IMG/VR virus record: IMGVR_UViG_3300030106_003254
Reading direction: 5' to 3' (one strand)
DNA from: an uncultured virus (IMG/VR IMGVR_UViG_3300030106_003254)
Taxonomy: Duplodnaviria; Heunggongvirae; Uroviricota; Caudoviricetes
DNA length: 20,000 bases
Part shown: piece after piece, positions 17,243-20,000 of the stretch
Numbering within the stretch: the first letter of the stretch is position 1
Layout of the letters: each line of letters starts with the position of its first letter
The notes under the pieces: model-generated
Databases searched by the model: none
Told to the model about the DNA's origin: nothing
Seen by the model: only the letters and a program-made list of their open reading frames with translations
Program-made: the position numbers and the translations under genes

Positions 17243-18505
17243 TTATACCACTTCTCTCATATCGATCACTGTACCGAATGGATATGACTCAGGATCTTCT
17301 CCGAAGGTCATCCACAACACTGGGTATGGGGGAGCTTCCTCTGGGAAAGGACCCCAACCATCTGTGAAGTAGATCAACGCTTTGGGTTGAGTAGGACACT
17401 TTTCTTTCGCCCACTTGAATGGAGGACGGAAGTCAGTGCCTCCTCTACCTTTGGCAGAGAAGTCAATCGGATCATTAGGCCCGTGCTCTTTGATGACGCC
17501 ATTCATTTGAGAGTCAATATCAAGTAGCCAACAGCGTTTGATCTTGACCTTTTGCATGGCTGATTCTATCTCTGAGCATGTTTGTGATAGCCACAAATTG
17601 TGCATTGATCCAGACGTGTCCTTCGCAAAGACTATGTCACTCACTTGAGGTGAGTCGATAGCCTCTATGAATAGATCGTCTCCCAAGAAGCGTCTATCGA
17701 AGAACTCTTCCGATACATCATTAGCAGATGTATCAAGTAAGAACCTCTGTAGAATGGTCAACCAGTCTAGGTTAGTTCTTGTCTTCTCAAGTTGCTCGAC
17801 AAGCTTACCGGGGAAGCTTCCTCTCAATCTAGCTGCTTGTGCAATAGACTGTTGGGTTTGTGCCCACTTCTCTTTGAGAGACTTGCCTTTCTGCTTTCCT
17901 TCTTCTGCTTCTTGAGGTTCCTTAGGTGGGTCCATGAAGTTGCCCGGACCTTTGTACTTAGTCAAAGGACCTTGACCTCCTTTACCACCGCCGCCTCCTT
18001 TAGGCTTCGGACGCTTTCGCTCCTCATCCAACAACTTGTTGTAGATGATCTCTTCAGATACATCTCCATACTCGTCGGTGAATATTATCTCACCACCCGG
18101 AGGATTAGCAGGTAACGCAATGTAAGAGGAGTATCTAGATAGCTCCTTTACATTTCTATTGATAACAATATCGCAAGCAATATTAGCTACCAAATGGTTC
18201 TCTGCATCTAAGAATCTATACATGTGGATGTACAGGCAATGGAACATCTCGTGAAACAAGAGTCCGATCTTCTGTGCATCGTTGTTTAGATTCCAGTAAT
18301 CCTCGCTGATGAAGACGGAGAAGCCATCAGTACATGCTGTGTCCTCGGCACGTTCATCTAGTTTGTACACTAGTGAAGTAAGGCCGGGGATATACACACA
18401 TAAGATGTTATCCGTTGCCACCAAGTTGAAGAGCCTTTCAATATCTTTGTCGAGCTCATCTTGGGATGATACAGTGTTTTGGTTATTTTTCCATAATGTA
18501 GACAT
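17243..18505 (-). CDS. DUF2201-type protein: N-terminal HEXXH metallopeptidase-like domain plus C-terminal VWA-like domain
   Basis: TACTDG, LLFHEMFHC..H..R and NIACDIVIN; Gly-rich linker; MIDAS DTSGSM, GRGGTDFRPPF, IYFTDGWG and P.YPVLW. Confidence 0.9.
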   Translation of the reverse strand: MSTLWKNNQNTVSSQDELDKDIERLFNLVATDNILCVYIPGLTSLVYKLDERAEDTACTDGFSVFISEDYWNLNNDAQKIGLLFHEMFHCLYIHMYRFLDAENHLVANIACDIVINRNVKELSRYSSYIALPANPPGGEIIFTDEYGDVSEEIIYNKLLDEERKRPKPKGGGGGKGGQGPLTKYKGPGNFMDPPKEPQEAEEGKQKGKSLKEKWAQTQQSIAQAARLRGSFPGKLVEQLEKTRTNLDWLTILQRFLLDTSANDVSEEFFDRRFLGDDLFIEAIDSPQVSDIVFAKDTSGSMHNLWLSQTCSEIESAMQKVKIKRCWLLDIDSQMNGVIKEHGPNDPIDFSAKGRGGTDFRPPFKWAKEKCPTQPKALIYFTDGWGPFPEEAPPYPVLWMTFGEDPESYPFGTVIDMREVV

Positions 18506-18519
18506 TATCGGGTATAGCA

Positions 18520-18553
18520 GTATTTAATGACTTGCTTTGTCAGTTGTTGTTTT
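18520..18553 (-). repeat. Intergenic element B (copy 1): AAAACAACAAC-TGAC-AAAGCAA-GTCA-TTAAATAC
   Basis: The inverted repeat at 18528-18542 ends 22 nt before ATG 18505; compensatory T-A pair versus C-G in the other copy. Confidence 0.8.
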
Positions 18554-18571
18554 GTTTAAAGATAGATATCT

Positions 18572-18781
18572 TTACTTAGAGTCGGGATACAATTCCGCCA
18601 TCTTTACTTTTTTACGTGCTTCCGTGTTAGTGAAAGTCACGGCATAGACTATTTCTTTGCCGTCAGAGTTGAACTCCACACGATCAAACCCAAGTTTGGT
18701 CGCAAAGTTTATCATTTTATTAAGATAACGGTCTTGTAAGTAATCTAATATTTTGGTTTTTAGTAGTAGTTTATATAACAT
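18572..18781 (-). CDS. Small hypothetical protein (69 aa, MLYKLLLKTK...)
   Basis: The ATG at 18781 follows element A by 12 nt; the longer 18847 start would run through the hairpin and overlap the AAA gene. Confidence 0.65.
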   Translation of the reverse strand: MLYKLLLKTKILDYLQDRYLNKMINFATKLGFDRVEFNSDGKEIVYAVTFTNTEARKKVKMAELYPDSK

Positions 18782-18793
18782 GGTATGTAAACA

Positions 18794-18819
18794 CCCCCTC
18801 CGGAGAGGGGGATTTGGTT
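18794..18819 (-). repeat. Intergenic element A (copy 1): ACCAAAT-CCCCCTC-TCCG-GAGGGGG
   Basis: Stem at 18794-18811; the single change is in the loop (UCCG, still UNCG); 12 nt to ATG 18781. Confidence 0.9.
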
Positions 18820-18831
18820 GTTGTTTTGGTA

Positions 18832-19995
18832 TTAGCCGCGTCCGCAAAGACTGCTGAGATTATCTCCCATCCACTCGACTATAGCGGGGTTACTTTGAAG
18901 ACTAGGCTTCTGCTTACAGATAGACTTAGCTACGTAAGTAGTCATGAAGCCTTTAGCTCCGGCACCTGACAAACGCTTAGCTACTTGCATTACCACTTTG
19001 ATATTACCCTCATTGGCGATGCCAGAGAGTTTACAAGCGATAATCCACTTCTTACTAAGCTCAGATGGAATGGTGCATCCATTAGGATCATTCAATAAGT
19101 TTTGAATGCTTCCGATGGAGTCATACAACTCAAGCCACTCAACAGCCTTCATAGCTGCTTTGTAACCGAGTATAGCGTTGACTTTGTGCAGGAACAATCT
19201 GTCAGATCCTGCATTCTTGACAGTACGCTGACCATTCTCGACTTCGACAAGGTCTGTGTTGATGAGCTTACCGAACTCTTCTAGCGTTCTAAAGCTAGCG
19301 AAGTTTGATACACCATCATGCTTAGCCACGTCTACGTCGTACGGCACATCGTTGTTGGACTGCAAGAAGGACTCCAACTCTGGGTAGAGACCTATGTCAG
19401 ATAACCACTCTTGAAACCCTGCAAGGTCAGGCTGGACGTTGTAAGTCGCCATCCTGTTTACATTCGAGAGCGGTAGTTTCTCGGACATACATCCGTGATC
19501 CAGACCGTTAGCGAGAGCAACGTGCAAGGTATTCACTGGGAAGTGAAGGTTACCGATGCAGTTGTCATTCATAGCTTGCTTAAGCACCCTCTGCATAGCG
19601 AGGCTGCCGTCGAGCAACTCATCCCACACCATGAGAACTTTGGTGTCCTCATTCATGTCAGGATTAGTGACAAAGGGGAGCTCAGTGTTACCGAAGTACT
19701 CGGCAACATGCTGCTCTCTGTCAACTGTTGGAAGACGTAAGTCTGATGGAAGGCAGTTACCTGCTCTCACATCGAAGAACTTACGACCCATCTGCTCAGC
19801 AAGAAGCCTGCTGATCTCTGACTTACCCACACCCGGAAGTGCGAGGAAGAACGGAGTAGTCAAACCCTGACGACTATTCTTGTGACGTAGTTGCCACTGA
19901 AGTCTGTCTTCATGGGATTGAAGGATAGCAGGAATATCGCTAGGAACGATGTTTAGCTTTTCGATGTCTTTTTGGTTTTTTGTTTTGGTACTCAT
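18832..19995 (-). CDS. MoxR-like AAA+ ATPase
   Basis: Walker A ALPGVGKS, DVR...SDLR, Walker B VLMVWDE, sensor-1 ALAN, Arg finger NVNRM and sensor-2-like SFRTLE; upstream of a VWA protein. Confidence 0.88.
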   Translation of the reverse strand: MSTKTKNQKDIEKLNIVPSDIPAILQSHEDRLQWQLRHKNSRQGLTTPFFLALPGVGKSEISRLLAEQMGRKFFDVRAGNCLPSDLRLPTVDREQHVAEYFGNTELPFVTNPDMNEDTKVLMVWDELLDGSLAMQRVLKQAMNDNCIGNLHFPVNTLHVALANGLDHGCMSEKLPLSNVNRMATYNVQPDLAGFQEWLSDIGLYPELESFLQSNNDVPYDVDVAKHDGVSNFASFRTLEEFGKLINTDLVEVENGQRTVKNAGSDRLFLHKVNAILGYKAAMKAVEWLELYDSIGSIQNLLNDPNGCTIPSELSKKWIIACKLSGIANEGNIKVVMQVAKRLSGAGAKGFMTTYVAKSICKQKPSLQSNPAIVEWMGDNLSSLCGRG

Positions 19996-20000
19996 AATAA

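Noticed and set aside
18557..18574. Inverted repeat TAAAGATA-GA-TATCTTTA at the 69-aa gene stop
   Set aside because: AT-rich, single copy and lacking a U-tract on the coding strand; too weak to call a terminator.
15598..18811. CRISPR or attC-integron reading of the repeated hairpins
   Set aside because: The spacing is gene-sized and irregular, there are no attC R-box ends, and there is no cas or integrase gene in the window.
18782..18847. N-terminal extension MRTRLIPKQQPNPPLRRG of the 91-aa ORF call
   Set aside because: It is a translation of intergenic element A and overlaps the AAA stop; ATG 18781 fits the spacing of the other copies.
12879..19870. Plus-strand ORFs within the minus-strand arm
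   Set aside because: Antisense to well-supported genes; no recognisable motifs or start signals.

Overview
This window is most likely part of an uncultured tailed-phage genome; it has no cellular housekeeping, rRNA, tRNA or CRISPR features and one 10-N scaffold gap. The left half (+ strand) is a single 5'-truncated giant ORF of at least 3662 aa with no cysteine. It has an internal HEXXH zincin domain and looks like a virion-ejected or large polyvalent protein. A small basic gene and a membrane micro-ORF follow it. The right half (- strand) is a convergent, tightly coupled gene run. In transcription order it holds a MoxR-type AAA+ ATPase, a small ORF, a DUF2201-type metallopeptidase-VWA protein, a 427-aa unknown, small ORFs and a Mesh1/SpoT-like HD hydrolase. 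These are followed by a degenerate HNH-like protein, a small HEXXH protein, a split DUF5872-like pair, a membrane/secreted/lipoprotein trio and Lys-rich microproteins. The most striking unannotated signal is the intergenic grammar of the minus-strand arm. It includes three near-identical cUNCGg hairpins 10-12 nt before start codons and two covarying YGAC-N7-GTCR-TTAAATAC elements exactly 22 nt before start codons. It also has period-7 AC-rich repeats, a 22-bp RNA hairpin burying the HNH-like start codon, and several sigma70-like promoters placed for leaderless mRNA. Family names come from motif recognition only; no database search was run.
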